This document shows positions 1-23,081 of a stretch of 64,000 nt of DNA, piece after piece (the first letter of the stretch is position 1; the number at the start of each line of letters is the position of its first letter). This DNA comes from Balanoglossus misakiensis (lineage: Eukaryota > Animalia > Hemichordata), in assembly GCA_040954595.2 (NCBI GenBank), contig CM082582.2, positions 4,944,303 through 5,008,302 on the forward strand. Reading direction: 5' to 3'. The position numbers and the translations under genes were made by a program. The notes under the pieces were generated by a model that searched no databases, had not been told where the DNA came from, and saw nothing but the letters and a program-made list of their open reading frames with translations.

Positions 1-2
1 CT

Positions 3-665
3 ATGAAAGTTCTGCCACAGGGGGCTGATACTGAGACCGTCACGGTGAAAAATTTCTCTGACAAAAAACAGTGGGATAACTGTGAGCCAATAGCTCCAGC
101 TATGGCAAAAGTGACGCAGGATTGGGCTAATATGATGTCAGAATCTCTGGTGTGGAAGCTTTGTGATATAAATAGAACCGATATCGCCGCTTGCAAAGAC
201 CATTTACTCAGTATATGCTCATCTCAACATCTGAGTATTCGCCAAGCCCCAATGGAAAGTTATACAAGCGGTCTTCCCACTGTTTTTCAACGGAGTGCAC
301 TTCTTATCGATACAGGCTCAGAGTCGTTTTCCGTGACAGGTCTCAATGCCATTGCTGCCGGTCTGCCTGTCATTTTTGATGACAGGTCGAGCATTGCAAA
401 ATTTTTGCATTCTGATTGTTTTCTCCAGACACATTGTGAGGAAATTTTGGTGAAATTAGGAGTGGGCGAATCAATTCACTCAGCCGCAGTCAAGTGGGCC
501 GATAAAATTTCAACATGTGTCATTAGGAAAGATAAGGCATTTGCACGTGCCGCGAAATTGAGAGATAGCCTTAAGAAATCTATCAACGAGCCTGGTGGAG
601 CTATTAAGCAGTCACATGACGACATAATCGGTCGGTTCAAAACCAGCTCTGACCAATCTGCTTAG
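3..665 (+). CDS. 3' end (last exon, 5'-truncated by the window) of a protein with a GT-B/GT4-like glycosyltransferase C-terminal domain, of the type fused to invertebrate NLR/death-domain proteins
   Basis: ORF is open from the window edge. SALLIDTGSESFSVTGLNAIAAGLPVIFDDRSSIAKFL resembles the GT4 signature (DLxxMPSRxEgFGLxxLEAxxxGxPvxvs), followed by a W..KI..RAAKLR helix typical of these domains. AATAAA occurs near 1096 and 1589. Confidence 0.65.
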   Translation: MKVLPQGADTETVTVKNFSDKKQWDNCEPIAPAMAKVTQDWANMMSESLVWKLCDINRTDIAACKDHLLSICSSQHLSIRQAPMESYTSGLPTVFQRSALLIDTGSESFSVTGLNAIAAGLPVIFDDRSSIAKFLHSDCFLQTHCEEILVKLGVGESIHSAAVKWADKISTCVIRKDKAFARAAKLRDSLKKSINEPGGAIKQSHDDIIGRFKTSSDQSA

Positions 666-1734
666 ATAAAAGTGCGATTCACTTGTATGAGTAATGGTAC
701 AGTTTTATGGAATTTCAAAACTGGAAGTTGCTTTATTCGGAGATTTGTTAGTGTATAACCACAAGACATTTGTCACATCTGGAATACTGTGAGTGTAGAC
801 GGAAACTCTACGGAATTATCGCCATAACATTTTCTGTGGCCCTTTCATGTGTATTCAACACTCACTGTTGTCTGAATGTATTGATAAACTGACATGAATG
901 AAATGTCCACTTCATAAGCTTATGAGGTGAACAATGGACCCTGTTTATTGGTATTTTATGCGGGTACGAGGCTGGGTTCTGGTACGAGGCTGTGTCACTT
1001 GACCAGCATCATCTCACAGCTGTTCCCGCCAGTGTGTGTTTGTGAAAAAAAAAATATTTTCTTTTCCCTACCCTTTTGGATGGATTAGTGTTGTCAATAA
1101 AGATTGACCTTTGACCCCAACACATGGTTTGCTGTGGTTATGCTAGCATAAAAACAAACATACGCCATTTGTTATGTTTTCAGACATGACTAGTAGTTAT
1201 ATGTGTAGATCGAACAAAAGAATTATTCTCTGATGTAAATAATGTAATTCATTGGATTTGCTCAGACATGATAGAGCTTTAGATTGTCGCAAATAAGTTG
1301 ACGCCAAAAAAATAATACTAAGTCAAGCTTAATTTTTACTGTGTTGAAATCAGAAAGCACTTTTTACATGTTTTACCGGCCACATACTTTCTTTTCAATA
1401 ATTGTGTTGTCATTGAAAATCTATTCAGGAAGATGTTTACATTTGGAATCGTAATGTAAAATAGACATTTAGGTGTTGAGTACTTTGACGTGGACAGTTC
1501 CGTATGTGCCTTATAGTATATTATCTTGTCATAGAGTCTAAGAGTTATACCATTCAAGTCGTTTTATTATGAAATCACTTGTTCAGAAATAAAGCTTTTA
1601 GAAACTGAAAATATACACAAGTTGTGATGCCACTTCAAGCAGTGGTGTTCCATGCTTTTTATCGTTCAATGCAAGAAAATTCAATTATTCCCATAAGAAA
1701 TGTTTGGACCAACGGCGGGAGGGGGAGAGAGACA

Positions 1735-1767
1735 TAGAGGGAGAGAGAGAAAGGCAGAGAGAGACAA

Positions 1768-1807
<40 letters not shown>

Positions 1808-2410
1808 GGGGGAGATTACAGGCGGGGCTTATTTTCACAAGGGAGGAACATGAAAGCAACCGGAAGTGTTATGTCCTTGAGCTATAGTCATGGCCCAGCG
1901 AATCGTTTCGGTACAACAACAGTGCGACTCGAAAGTAATATTAATTTTGAAAGACATTAAAGTTATGACTGACTGACTGGCTTGCGAATTAGCAAACTAG
2001 TGAGCAAGCGAGCGAGCGAGTGAGTGAGTGAGCGAGTGAGTGAGTGACTGAGTGACTGACTGACTGACTGACTGACTGGCTTGCGAATTAGCAAACTAGT
2101 GAGCGAGCGAGCGAGTGAGTGAGTGAGTGAGTGAGTGAGTGAGTGAGTGAGTGAGTGAGTGAGTGAGTGAGTGAGTGAGTGAGTGAGTGAGTGAGTGAGT
2201 GAGTGAGTGAGTGAGTGAGTGAGTGAGTGAGTGAGAAAGAGAGTAAATGAGTGAATTACTTACTGGCTGGCTGACTGACTATTTGAGTGAGTAACAAACA
2301 AAACATACAGCTGACTGATAGATAGACAGTTCGATCGATCGATCGATCGATTGATTGATTGATTGAGTGATTGATCGAATGAATGACGGATTGACTGACA
2401 GACTGACTGA
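1735..2410. repeat. Compound microsatellites: (GA)n/(GACA)n 1735-1807, (GACT)n/(GAGT)n about 1968-2235, (GATC)/(GATT)n about 2330-2410
   Basis: Directly visible tandem repeats. Confidence 0.95.
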
Positions 2411-2750
2411 CGTACGATACATAAATTATAAAGGGTGTCCTCATGTTCCTATTGCCAGAGTGAAAGCATTAATATTTACAATTTGTTTTAGGGACAGTCA
2501 ACAGTATGTATGTCAAACAGTCAAGTATGGATATGGATGGCCTTAACGTGTACATGAAACGAAAATGTAGTGAGTATCTATTTGTTACACTTAATGTTTC
2601 GTACAATATCTCGTTCCATGTTTGTAAATATGTTGAATGTGGCAAGTTCACGTGTTCAAGGCGTTGATTGGAAGAGGCGCGCAATTGTGTGACGTGCGGC
2701 TGTAGCTTTCAAACCGCATTTTACATAGAGTAAATTATCTGTCCTTCCAG

Positions 2751-6765
<4,015 letters not shown>

Positions 6766-6879
6766 ACAGATAATAATGTTAATGTTGTCTGCTTTATATG
6801 TAAAGAATGTACTGTATAAATTTGGTTTTGGTGATTTTTGGATAAATCAGCAAACAATTAATTGCACCTTTTTACTTCA

Positions 6880-7050
6880 ACAGTTTAAAGAAATGAGTTG
6901 TGACATAGGAATGCAACAATGGCACTCTGAGATTGAGAGTAGCCCTAGACTCCGTACATATGTAAACTTCAAAAATACTTTGGAATGTGAAAAATATCTT
7001 AATTGTATTCAAACTACCATTTACCGTAAGGCCTTATCCCGTATACGCTC
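6880..7050 (+). mobile_element. Fragment of non-LTR retrotransposon (CR1/L2-group) ORF2 C-terminal region
   Basis: QQWHSEIESSPRLRTYVNFKNTLECEKYLNCIQTTIYRKALSRIR resembles the 'KLRTY..FK....E.YL......R.AL...R' motif downstream of the RT domain. Confidence 0.7.
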
Positions 7051-7262
7051 TTTAGCTCTGCTGTCACTTGTGTCAGGATAAGTGGTCGTCCGTCCGTCGT
7101 CCGTCAACTTTTGGTATTTCAATAGAATACAAAACTACCATTTACCGTAAGGCTTTATCCCGTATACGCTCTTTAGCTCTTTAGCTCTGCTGTCACTTGT
7201 GTCAGGATAAGTGGTCGTCCGTCCATCCGTCCGTCAACTTTTGGTATTTCAATAGAATACAA
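7011..7262. repeat. Tandem duplication of about 120-130 bp (2 copies) spanning the LINE fragment end and a (GTCC)n-containing segment
   Basis: aaactaccatttaccgtaagg...gtatttcaatagaatac occurs at 7011-7130 and 7132-7260. Confidence 0.9.
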
Positions 7263-7819
7263 GTGTTATGAATTAAAACCTAGGGTATTCATATCATTGC
7301 CCAGGTTACACTGTTAAAGTCAGAAGAGCTCTTTTGACCGACAGGTCACTTGTTTTTGTCTTTTATTGTAAAAAATTCGTTCAAAAGAAAGAAAAGCAAA
7401 TAGAAGTATTACAAAAACATTTACAAGAGAAAGTAGATTACAGGAAAGTATAAATATAAATCGGTTATATAAGATTGTCGACCTTATCAACAAATTTCAA
7501 CATGTCATCTCTTTTGTAAATTTCTTTTTCAAAATGATGTCTTAACATAAACTCGTTCTTAAAGAGTTTATTACACCTATCAATATGTATTTTTTCATTT
7601 TTTGACCGTAAACTAAAATTGAATTCATGATTTGAATTCTGGTGTCGTTTTTTTTTATTCTCGTCGATGAATAAATGTTATCCTGAAAAATGTTCACCCC
7701 TTCAAAAAAATCTCTGTCTGAACGCCCCGTTACGTGTGACGTCATTGGGGGCTCTCCTTCGCTTTTAGTCTACAATAGTCATCGCATCGAGAGGCGTACA
7801 TGTCGTCTACTTGACTTTT

Positions 7820-8088
7820 ATGGCGTCAAATGTAAACACGGTCAGTGACGAGGCAATTTGTTTTGGAGAATATGATTCAGACAGTAGCCATGGAGAGTTT
7901 TGGGCTCTTCGTCGCTGCTTTCAAGGAAATTCCGGGCCACAGCCGTGTAGATTTGAACCAGCAAGGCGTGAGGTATCTCCTCAACCTGTTCGGGCTGGTG
8001 GGCAATCCGTCGATGTACCGAGCGAAGAAATGCCTGCTGGCGCAGTTCCAGATTCGCCTGAGCCTTCTCGAGTGGGAAATATAGATTG
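7820..8088 (+). mobile_element. Isolated first exon of a P2X7-ballast-like (KolX-type) accessory gene, probable remnant of a Kolobok-type DNA transposon
   Basis: MASNVN...GPQPCRFEP...SRVGNIDW|gtgaat resembles the 'PY.FEP...R.GNTDW|C.CG.C' start of these proteins. A TTAA|AG-like terminus lies near 7559. No downstream Cys-rich exon was found. Confidence 0.4.
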
Positions 8089-11057
8089 GTGAATAAGCAT
8101 CATTTTCTGTTTTTTTATTTTACAATAAATATGTCCAATAAATGATCAGGGAGTGGTTCAGTGAAACTCAAATACGGAGGTCTGCGCTCGTCTGGTCACC
8201 GATATATACAAAAAGAACCCGGTGCGTGGCACTACGCCATGCCGACACGGTCCGTACTAAAATTTGTCTTATGTATGCCCTTTTTCAGTATTAACGCTTA
8301 ACACATCATTGCTGACATTTCTGTTGTGAAAAAAAACGTAATGGGACGACAAATTTCAAACATAAATATCACAGATAAACTCCCTGTTCACAAGCGACCG
8401 GTTACCCAAAACTGGCATAACACCGGTTCAGTTCCATTCATCATTACCTTTACGGCGATGTAGTGACCTTTTGGCATCATCTCATTTTTTTCTGAAAGAA
8501 CTTTACAGACTGCGGATGTGTCAATGGGTTAAATCACACCGTTGAGGGCACTGTACGTACAGGAATGTGTGGACAGCCCTGTCCAAACCAGTTAATGCTG
8601 TTTGGCTTGACGACCGCTTTGTTTGGATTCGTCTTTCCGTTCGTAGTCAATTCTGAGATGACTTTACTGTTGAGGTAAGTGGTTACAATTTACGGGATGC
8701 TGTGGTATTGGGACTAGGGTATTGGCGACTTCCGTGTCAGTAATTTCCGTTTTAAATACACTGGACGCCGAGATTTATGTAGGCCAAGAATTGTGGCTCG
8801 TTCTAGTTTACATCGGTTTTCAAGCGATTAATGTTTACACGATGAAGCTGGTTTAAGAATTGACTTACGTAATTGGCCTATACGCAAAAGGACGGTGTCA
8901 TTAAAATCCAAGAAGCTGCTTCCAAATTCCAAGAATGTAAACGTGGCGAATTTATCACGACCGACACTTGAGTGCCACGATATATACACAGAATGGCTCA
9001 CCGTGCACATAGTCTAGCAAATACACTGTGTAATGTAACCGACTACCGTGACGTGCTAAGAATAAAGTACAACCGCCGTGTAGAAATCATTTTTTTAATC
9101 CGAAATTTTTATTTTACAGATGTGTGTTGCCGACGGATAAATCTTATGCACTTGGTATTCGCGTGATTGCTACAGAAGTGCTCGGTATGTACTACTTAGT
9201 TTAAACTTCTACTTCGGGGCTCGGAAATATGGCACTCATTCTGCACTATACACTCTAAAATTTCGTTTTGTCAATAATGACGTTTCTGCCGGCCTAAGCA
9301 GCCTAATTCATCTAAGAGTATTTAGCTATCACTAGAGTCGTATCAACGAAGGCACGTGAGCCCTGTCTGACTCATCTATCTTTGGTAGATAAAGTGATGT
9401 TGTTTCCAAATATGACACGTCTGTTACTCAAATGATGAGTGATAACATTCCTGGATTTGACTTGCAACAGTTATTTGGTAGTTCAGCCAAATTTCACTCA
9501 AATTTGTCACTTGGGGTCAGTCTTGACGGGTGTAGCATGCTAGCAGGGTACAGTTACACATTTCAGACACCTGCACTTAGTGTAGCAGTGGTTCAAGACG
9601 ATCTTGTTAAACTTGTCATTTTTTCTCTTATTTCTTTCTTGGACCTGGTAATTAGCTTACCTTGAATGATACTGATTATTGTATTGGATTATAGTATTGG
9701 ACCTGATTTAACGTCTTCTTATCATGACAACGTTTTCTCTTACCCTCCTTAGCCACTCTGCCGTCGCCAATATACCTTGGGGCTCTCATCGACTCCGCGT
9801 GTATTTTATGGGGACGGACGAAGTGCAGCGAGCGAGGGGCCTGTCTGCTGTACGACCTTCTGGACTACAAGACAAAATTCTTTGCTCTCATGGTGGCTCT
9901 TTTGGTGGCGTCGCTAGCTCTGTTTTTCGTTGTGTGGGTGTCGATCTACAGGCAAGCCGGTCGCCGCTCCAAACGCGAGGAAAATGTTGAAAAAACCTGA
10001 TAACTTTGTTTGAGTCATGGTCCGCTCTGATTACAATGGACAAATTGGGATGATAGATATAATTTATCGTTCTCCTCGACATCACACTAGAACAGAAGCT
10101 TGTTTCACACGAGAAGGACGTTCACACGGCAGATAAATTTGTCGATACTGATCTGCTCACGCTTCTCTCGGCACAATGCCAGACTCGAGCTCTGTTTGCA
10201 AACACCATCTATCATAAATTATTACAGCAGTCACCCTGCTCTGGGTTTTGAAGGAAATAACTCTTTTTTCAAAGTGAAAACACCCCAGAGAAATGGAATA
10301 TTGAAATATTGCGGCGACAAGATCACTTTTTGTAAGAGAGCGCCCTCTGTGGCAAGACTTACTCAGACAACAATTGTACAATATTATTATAATTGTTTAT
10401 TTCAGGCACACATAGGCCCATATAAAAAAAATCAACATAAAGATACAGTGTGGAAAGGGGGGAAAATAAAAAAAAAATTAAAACATTTTATGATGGTGTT
10501 AGTAATTTCTCTTGTTGTGTACTGGTCAGTATTTCAGTCGGGGCCAATGATAAATCTATGTCCTTTGATATGGATTACGATGTCAGAATCCCTTCTCTCT
10601 TCCCCCAAACAATATGTATTTAAGTCAGTGTACTTTCTCTACTACACCGAAATATCTGTTCGCCTAAAGTAAAAACATTATTGCTAATACAAATGGTATT
10701 ACTGTCACTAATAAACACCGTGAAAGTATTAATTTCTAGACGGTAATTCCATCATAACGTCAATGGTCAAGCTTCCTATAGAGACTTGAAAACTATCTAT
10801 CAATTAGGTCGGAATTAGCAATAACATGTACCTAAACACTAAAAAAAACGGTGAATGCATATGCCTGGTATAAGTATGGCTATATTTTGCTTCTAATGTT
10901 GACAAAAATGTGTCAGCTAAATAATGTCAGTGCAGCCATCGCCAGGATTGTTTTATCTTGTCGGACGACGCATTTTCGTAACTAGGCAGTGCTTGGCCCG
11001 CCTACTGGTTCGTTCTTCGTTGATATTGAATTTTTATTGCTGGTGTCCAGGCTCCCG

Positions 11058-11574
11058 TCAGTTGACCGATTGCTTGAATTCGGTGCTTTTGATGCCGTAC
11101 AGGAAGGGGTTCATGACGCCTCTAATATGAAGCAACGGGCACATCAAGATTATGGTCTCTGCATGGTTGTGGTCTTTGGACGTAGATAGAGCTGGCGACA
11201 GTTACTAGTAAGCAGAATGACGGCCGGTAAGTAACCCAGCATGACCACGAAGAAGACACCGACAATAACGAGCAACACAACATGCGGACTTCCTGTGAGG
11301 ATGGACAATTGACATCGGCATTTCACCTGCTTTTCATCACGTAGACGATGGTCGGAAGGTTGTCAGCCAAAGTGACGCTGAAATCAGTAACGGGTTGAAG
11401 ATATTGTGTGTCAGACAGAATTTGGCTCCAATTTCGATGCAGATATGCATCTGCCGTTGGCAGAGAGACGAAGATTGCTGCGATTATGTCTGTCAGCTCA
11501 GGTTGACCAAGAATACATTCATCGACGAAAACCATGAAGAAAAAGAGTTTGCAAACCAAGCTCACTCCGCACAA
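11058..11574 (-). pseudogene. Degraded intronless rhodopsin-class GPCR pseudogene fragment
   Basis: Minus-strand TM6-like LLVIVGVFFVVMLGYLPAVIL is followed, after a frameshift, by TM7/helix 8 GVMNPFLYGIKSTEFKQSVN* (NPxxY at about 11111-11097). A hydrophobic remnant lies at 11323-11574. Confidence 0.7.
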
Positions 11575-11733
11575 GTGGCGTGATGCTTGATATCAACTGT
11601 TTCTGTGTACACTTCCTCGTCGGCAAATTGTTGTAAGCTTTATGTGAACAACGTACAACATCCACTGTCATGATTACGCTCATAAAGCAATGATTGTTTT
11701 TTTTCCGCTAAAAGAATGGAAAATTTTCTGCCT

Positions 11734-14002
<2,269 letters not shown>

Positions 14003-14257
14003 ACTGTCCTGTTTAGGCAGATTGTTACTGTAACATAAATGCAGACCAGTTTTTTATTGTAAGAGATGTCTTCTCAAATACAGTGTTCCAATTTAAACGT
14101 ATACAGTGTACAGAAACGGTGATAATAGCATTACTTACTTTTTGCGCAGAGCCCATGTTTGGAGTATAGGGGAATACCCAGCGCACGGTTATCATATTCT
14201 AAAGCCGCATATGCAGAATTTTGAGAAACAAATGTTGCAATATTATCATTTACTAGT

Positions 14258-14339
14258 AATTTAATTTAATTTAATTTAATTTAATTTAATTTAATTTAAT
14301 TTAATTTAATTTAATTTAATTTAATTTAATTTAATTTAA
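14258..14339. repeat. (TTTAA)n pentanucleotide microsatellite
   Basis: Visible repeat. Confidence 0.95.
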
Positions 14340-14629
14340 CTGATTTTATTTACAAAAATGTGCCAAAAGAGGAGTTGTATTAAATGATATAAATGTATAT
14401 ATATATATATGTATGTGCGTGTGTGTGTGTGTACCATGTATGTAGGAATGTACAGTTCTCATTCTACTGTATACAGTGGTTGAACGATATGACAGTATTT
14501 CCTGTGTGACCCCCCCCCCCCCGCTAATAGTCAGAATGCAAGCTATCGAATTACCTAATAAAACCGCGGACTCATCGATGGATTAGGCCCTAGTTGCTAA
14601 ATTAAACACACCTCGAACCAGGGCAGGAC

Positions 14630-14841
14630 TAGTTTGGTTCTCATTCGATTTCCAACCTTACAACAACCGAAACAAAATAAACTGCCTGAATCTTGACTGG
14701 CGTACGGACATTGGAGGCATCCATCTTGTTTATGATCACGTGGTCTTCCCAGGTTTCTGGGCTTGAAATCGGGCCGTACCTGACCCCTTTCCCTTTAGCG
14801 TAGCGCAGCCAGCGGTGGGATTGGGGCAGGGAACCAGACTA
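14630..14841. mobile_element. 212-bp non-autonomous DNA transposon (MITE) with TAG...CTA termini and a 9-bp TSD
   Basis: TIRs tagtttggttc / gaaccagacta; GGGCAGGAC is duplicated at 14621-14629 and 14842-14850; an empty paralogous site lies at 15082-15090. Confidence 0.85.
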
Positions 14842-15322
14842 GGGCAGGACCAGGGTATCATAAATCTATATATGAAGTACAAAATGTAGTTTTAGTTTCG
14901 AAAACTACTTGAGTGTTTGAGTAAATACACACCGGGCAGTAAACATCCGGTCGTTTAGCCACAGTCCCTCCAACTTTTCGTTAACAGTGTAGTGATTGCG
15001 CTTCTTTTGTGCTATTCGCCAAGCTAAAAATTTCACACCAGCTAACATTGCAGTAGCACTCGTGACAAACACCTCGAACCAGGGCAGGACCCTGATTTTT
15101 GTATCATAAATCTATATATGAAGTATTTTATGGCATGTGTATTGTTGACAACGAAACTACTTGAGTGATTGAGTAAATACACACCGGGCAGTAAACATCC
15201 GGTCGTTTAGCCACAGTCCCTCCAACTTTTCGTTAACAGTGTAGTGATTGCGCTTCTTTTGTGCTTTTCGCGAAGCTAGAAATTTCACACCAGCTAACAT
15301 TTCAGCAGCACTCATGACAAAC
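14842..15322. repeat. Tandem duplication of about 240 bp upstream of the DED coding region
   Basis: gtatcataaatctatatatgaagta...aaactacttgagtg...cactc(g/a)tgacaaac is present twice (about 14842-15070 and 15082-15322). Confidence 0.9.
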
Positions 15323-16352
15323 GTGTAAAAAGTTGGTATCGCCAACATATCACGTCAAACCATTTATTGCGGTGGAAGGTGCAAAGGTCTTCCACGCCTT
15401 TTACCAGCAAAAAACTCAAAACTACAATGTAGGTCGCATCACAACGTACCGGGGTAAGATTAGACTAGGTGATTGATGTTACTGGATTGGACTGGACTGG
15501 ACTGGACTGGTCTGGACTGGACTTGGCAAGTCCTCAGGTGCAAAAATCCGACGTCTGCTGTAAAAGACAGGGATTGGTAAATAATTATGGTACATGTACA
15601 TTGACTCAGTTTATTTAAAATGCCGACGTTTCGAACCCACACAGGGCCCTCGTGTCGTTCATCAGGGCATAATAAGGAATGAAACAAAGTAAAACTGTTT
15701 AGGAATAGACTGTGCTTGAAACAAACGTGAAAAGAGTTAATAAATGTGGAAGTAGAAGAAAAACGATCGAAGTCAAGGAATCGAAAATATCTCTGAATAC
15801 TTACTTAGGTGGAGTAGAATGGTGTAGAGCTTGTTTTCTCACACTCCTGGCACGCTGAGAGTGTGGGATCAGAGTGTGAGAACAAATCGATCCCACACGC
15901 TCACTGAATCGAAAGCTGTATATGACGCGAGCGCTGATTGGATGACAAACCGTTCTTTAACGCCCACTAAATGTCATCCAATGGCGCGTTGTGGCCATGT
16001 ATCCCACGGCGTTGTCATTTCCAGATGACGGGCAAGCAATATTTCGGCATCCAGTGAAGGTTTTCCGAGTATGTTTTTACTTTAGAACCGCCAGACACGC
16101 AACATGTATTGGGTATGGTGCCTCATCAGCTTCATGCCGTTTCGTCTGCGCAGTCTTTGTCTGCACCACGTTGTTGAAGTTTGCCCGTCATTTGGAAATT
16201 TGTGTGCAAACGTAACTGCACCTGAGCTCGTCTGACGTCATTTGATATCGAAGAATTACACGGATCGAGACTACAACGGGTCTGAGTTCCAGTTACTATT
16301 CAATGCTTTATTAAGAATTTGGCTAAGGAAGTTCAGACAATACTTCCTGTGG

Positions 16353-16362
16353 GGGATTTTCC
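16353..16362. promoter_or_regulatory. Consensus NF-kB site GGGATTTTCC upstream of the probable non-coding first exon of the DED gene
   Basis: Exact match to GGGRNNYYCC. A minus-strand donor gtaagt lies near 15800-15805 and CCAAT boxes near 15935 and 15979. Function is inferred only. Confidence 0.35.
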
Positions 16363-16481
16363 ATTTCCTTGGTGATTTCTTTCAATTAATCCCCTAAAAG
16401 GTTATGACAAAAAATTGATGGCCCCCTTAGAATTTATTTTTTCATAGCATCCATTCATATTCATATCAAGAGATATATCTC

Positions 16482-16528
<47 letters not shown>

Positions 16529-16559
16529 GCCATCTATAAAAAACTACACTACAGATCGA

Positions 16560-17240
16560 ACACGTAAACTTGTGACACCTAAATTAAATTCGACATTCGT
16601 TGTTTCAGTTCATTATGTACAAGATTATACAATCGAGCTTTATGCAACTCCATGTATTACAGTGAAACTTGTGTATAGACCATTTTGCAATCAAGATGAA
16701 AATGTTCATCTCATCAAATTTACCGTTCTTTTCAATGCCATAAACAATATTTTGCCAACTCAAAGCCAGGTGCCAGCCATAAAACCTATTTCCGATATTT
16801 TCTACAATTTGCCATACTTCTTTGGCGATGGTACACTCAAAATAGCGATGTCGAGTTGTGTCATCTACATTACAAAATAAGCAAAGGGCATCGTCTCTTA
16901 TTTTCAAAAGATACAATTTTACATTATTTATACATTTCTTATGCAAGAATTTCCAATGAAACGCTCTTAATTTGTTCTCCTTTGTAACTCTGTAAGCTAA
17001 TGACTAAACATTCTTCAAATCGAATTTGCCCAAACTCATGCAGCCAGCTCAAAGTACTGGCTGGTTGTGAAATACGGCTTACTAGAAATCTGTATACATC
17101 TCTTCTTTTCAATTTCATCAAATTCACTTTCTTATTCTTAATTTCAATATATTCTACATTACACTTTACAAAACATTCTATTTATAATTCCACAAAGGGG
17201 TGGGATAAAGTTCCATTCTATTTGAAAATACATCTCTAAC
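16560..17240 (-). mobile_element. Degraded L1/Tx1-group LINE, ORF2 C-terminal zinc-binding (zf-RVT-like) region
   Basis: NNVKLYLLKIRDDALCLFCNVDDTTRHRYFECTIAKEVWQ...IFILIAKWSIHK carries the CxxC..H..xC..W pattern; frameshifted continuation at 16939-17127; (TA)n lies just downstream. Confidence 0.8.
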
Positions 17241-18320
17241 AATTGACAAAATGTGAAAACATCATCTTTCATAAATGATTACAGCAATTACCCTGCTCTG
17301 GAATCTTTTTACAAGGTGAGAATTTGAAGATAAAACATGGAAAATACACGAAAATTACATCAAGATAGTAGATATTAAAAATGTAAAGGAAATCTCAATC
17401 ACAAAAGTGTTGCCGGTATTTGCAGGTCTCAAAAACTTTTATGCTCAAGGCGCTTTTATCTTGGTTGAAAAATATCAAGTTTTACATTTACATGTATAGG
17501 ATATGAAATCTGAGAACTAATTTTTCACCGCCAGACGGGAAATTATTCACAATGGAAATAGAAAATGGGTTATTCTCGATCAGCCACAACAATCACAATA
17601 TTGAAATGGAAATGAAATAGAAATTATAATAAATTTGTAATGTGGCTAGGGTTGTGTAATAGAAATTTTTAACAGCAGTTATATCATTTCTGAATAAATG
17701 TTTGGAACTTGGTATCATAAAAATCTCAGATGAATTTCACTAGCAGTGGGCGCCGGGTTATTAAAATATCCAACTATTCTGATGCCAACACAGACTCTGA
17801 GGTACATACAAATAACGATTACGTTGGTGCAATTTTGAGGTGTATTTAAAAAGTGACATTAATTCAATTGTTGACAAATCTGGTGGCAGAACTGGGTCAA
17901 AACGCCGGATAGACCGGTCATCTAAGTATAGAACTGACTGTGAATCATATGGTCAAATGTGGCCTATTCACATGTCCAGCTTCTATTTGACAGATCTGTC
18001 AAATTATAAAGTCTTGTGATTTCAATGTGAAATATCAAGACACCCAAAGTTCTCATTGGCACGCGTACGCGATCGAACAGCAAATCCTCATACCATACAG
18101 TGTAGGTGCCAAGTGTCACTGTTAACCGCTACACTGTACATCATGTCAAAATGCACAGTTGTCTTTTATTACATTTCCATTTTGCTTGATATAAAATGTA
18201 AGGTAACTAGCATGGCTGGGAACAATTGTGTGTTTATAAACAGAAAAGGCATACATGCGCAGTTAAAACAACCCACCCTCTTTAAAGCTAATGCAGACAC
18301 CATCCACATTATGATTCTGT

Positions 18321-22499
<4,179 letters not shown>

Positions 22500-22923
22500 T
22501 TTTGCCAAGCACAGATATTCCAGAAAACAGTTACGGCCCAAACGACACTTGACACAGGGGTGTGTACATATTAACCACGTTATACTTCATAGCGTCATGC
22601 TCATTATGCGTGCAGATCAAAGGGCGATAATTGTATTTTCGGTTAATTACCTGGTCTACTCTTGCCTTTATTTAAAAAAAAACACTTCTGAACCCAAAAC
22701 ACGAATTTCAGATGAGAAAGTGTCCTGACCGCTGTTATGAGTGGCCAACGAGGCTGAATCTAAGATGGCGCAATCACTATACACTGGTATTTTCGAATTA
22801 CCACACGATAACAACAGTGCGACCATTGAAGTGATATGTATTATGTGACACCCCTCAATTAAAAATAGCGGTCAAAAATTGAAATGTCCGCCACTGAAGG
22901 ATTTTTTTTCTCTATATTTCTAT

Positions 22924-22933
22924 GAAACCGAAA
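22924..22933 (+). promoter_or_regulatory. ISRE/IRF-type motif GAAACCGAAA about 425 bp upstream of the gene B start codon
   Basis: Exact GAAANNGAAA match (tgaaaccgaaagc). Confidence 0.4.
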
Positions 22934-23081
22934 GCACTGAGACTAATGTGATTACGAATTGGTCCTGTTGAATTGACTGAATTGCCGACATTTTTTGGTA
23001 CACGGCCAAGGTTCAAAAAGTACACACATCGTACATATAATTTACAACCGCGGCAAAATAAATGATCCCACACTCCAATCC

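Noticed and set aside
1659-2444. ORFs with QTDR, SVCL or SQSV repeats, and likewise 5035-5280, 12872-13138, 19813-20022, 46436-46712, 53314-53691, 55849-56031 and 63414-63650
   Set aside because: Translations of microsatellites.
10100-10672. 190-aa ORF
   Set aside because: No recognisable motif, AT-rich non-coding composition, non-ATG start and no convincing splice structure.
14139-14198. Upstream DED-gene exon encoding MGSAQK (possible myristoylation signal)
   Set aside because: With the strongest acceptor (exon start 14027) it runs into a stop and would need a weaker acceptor to stay in frame; treated as probable 5' UTR/uORF.
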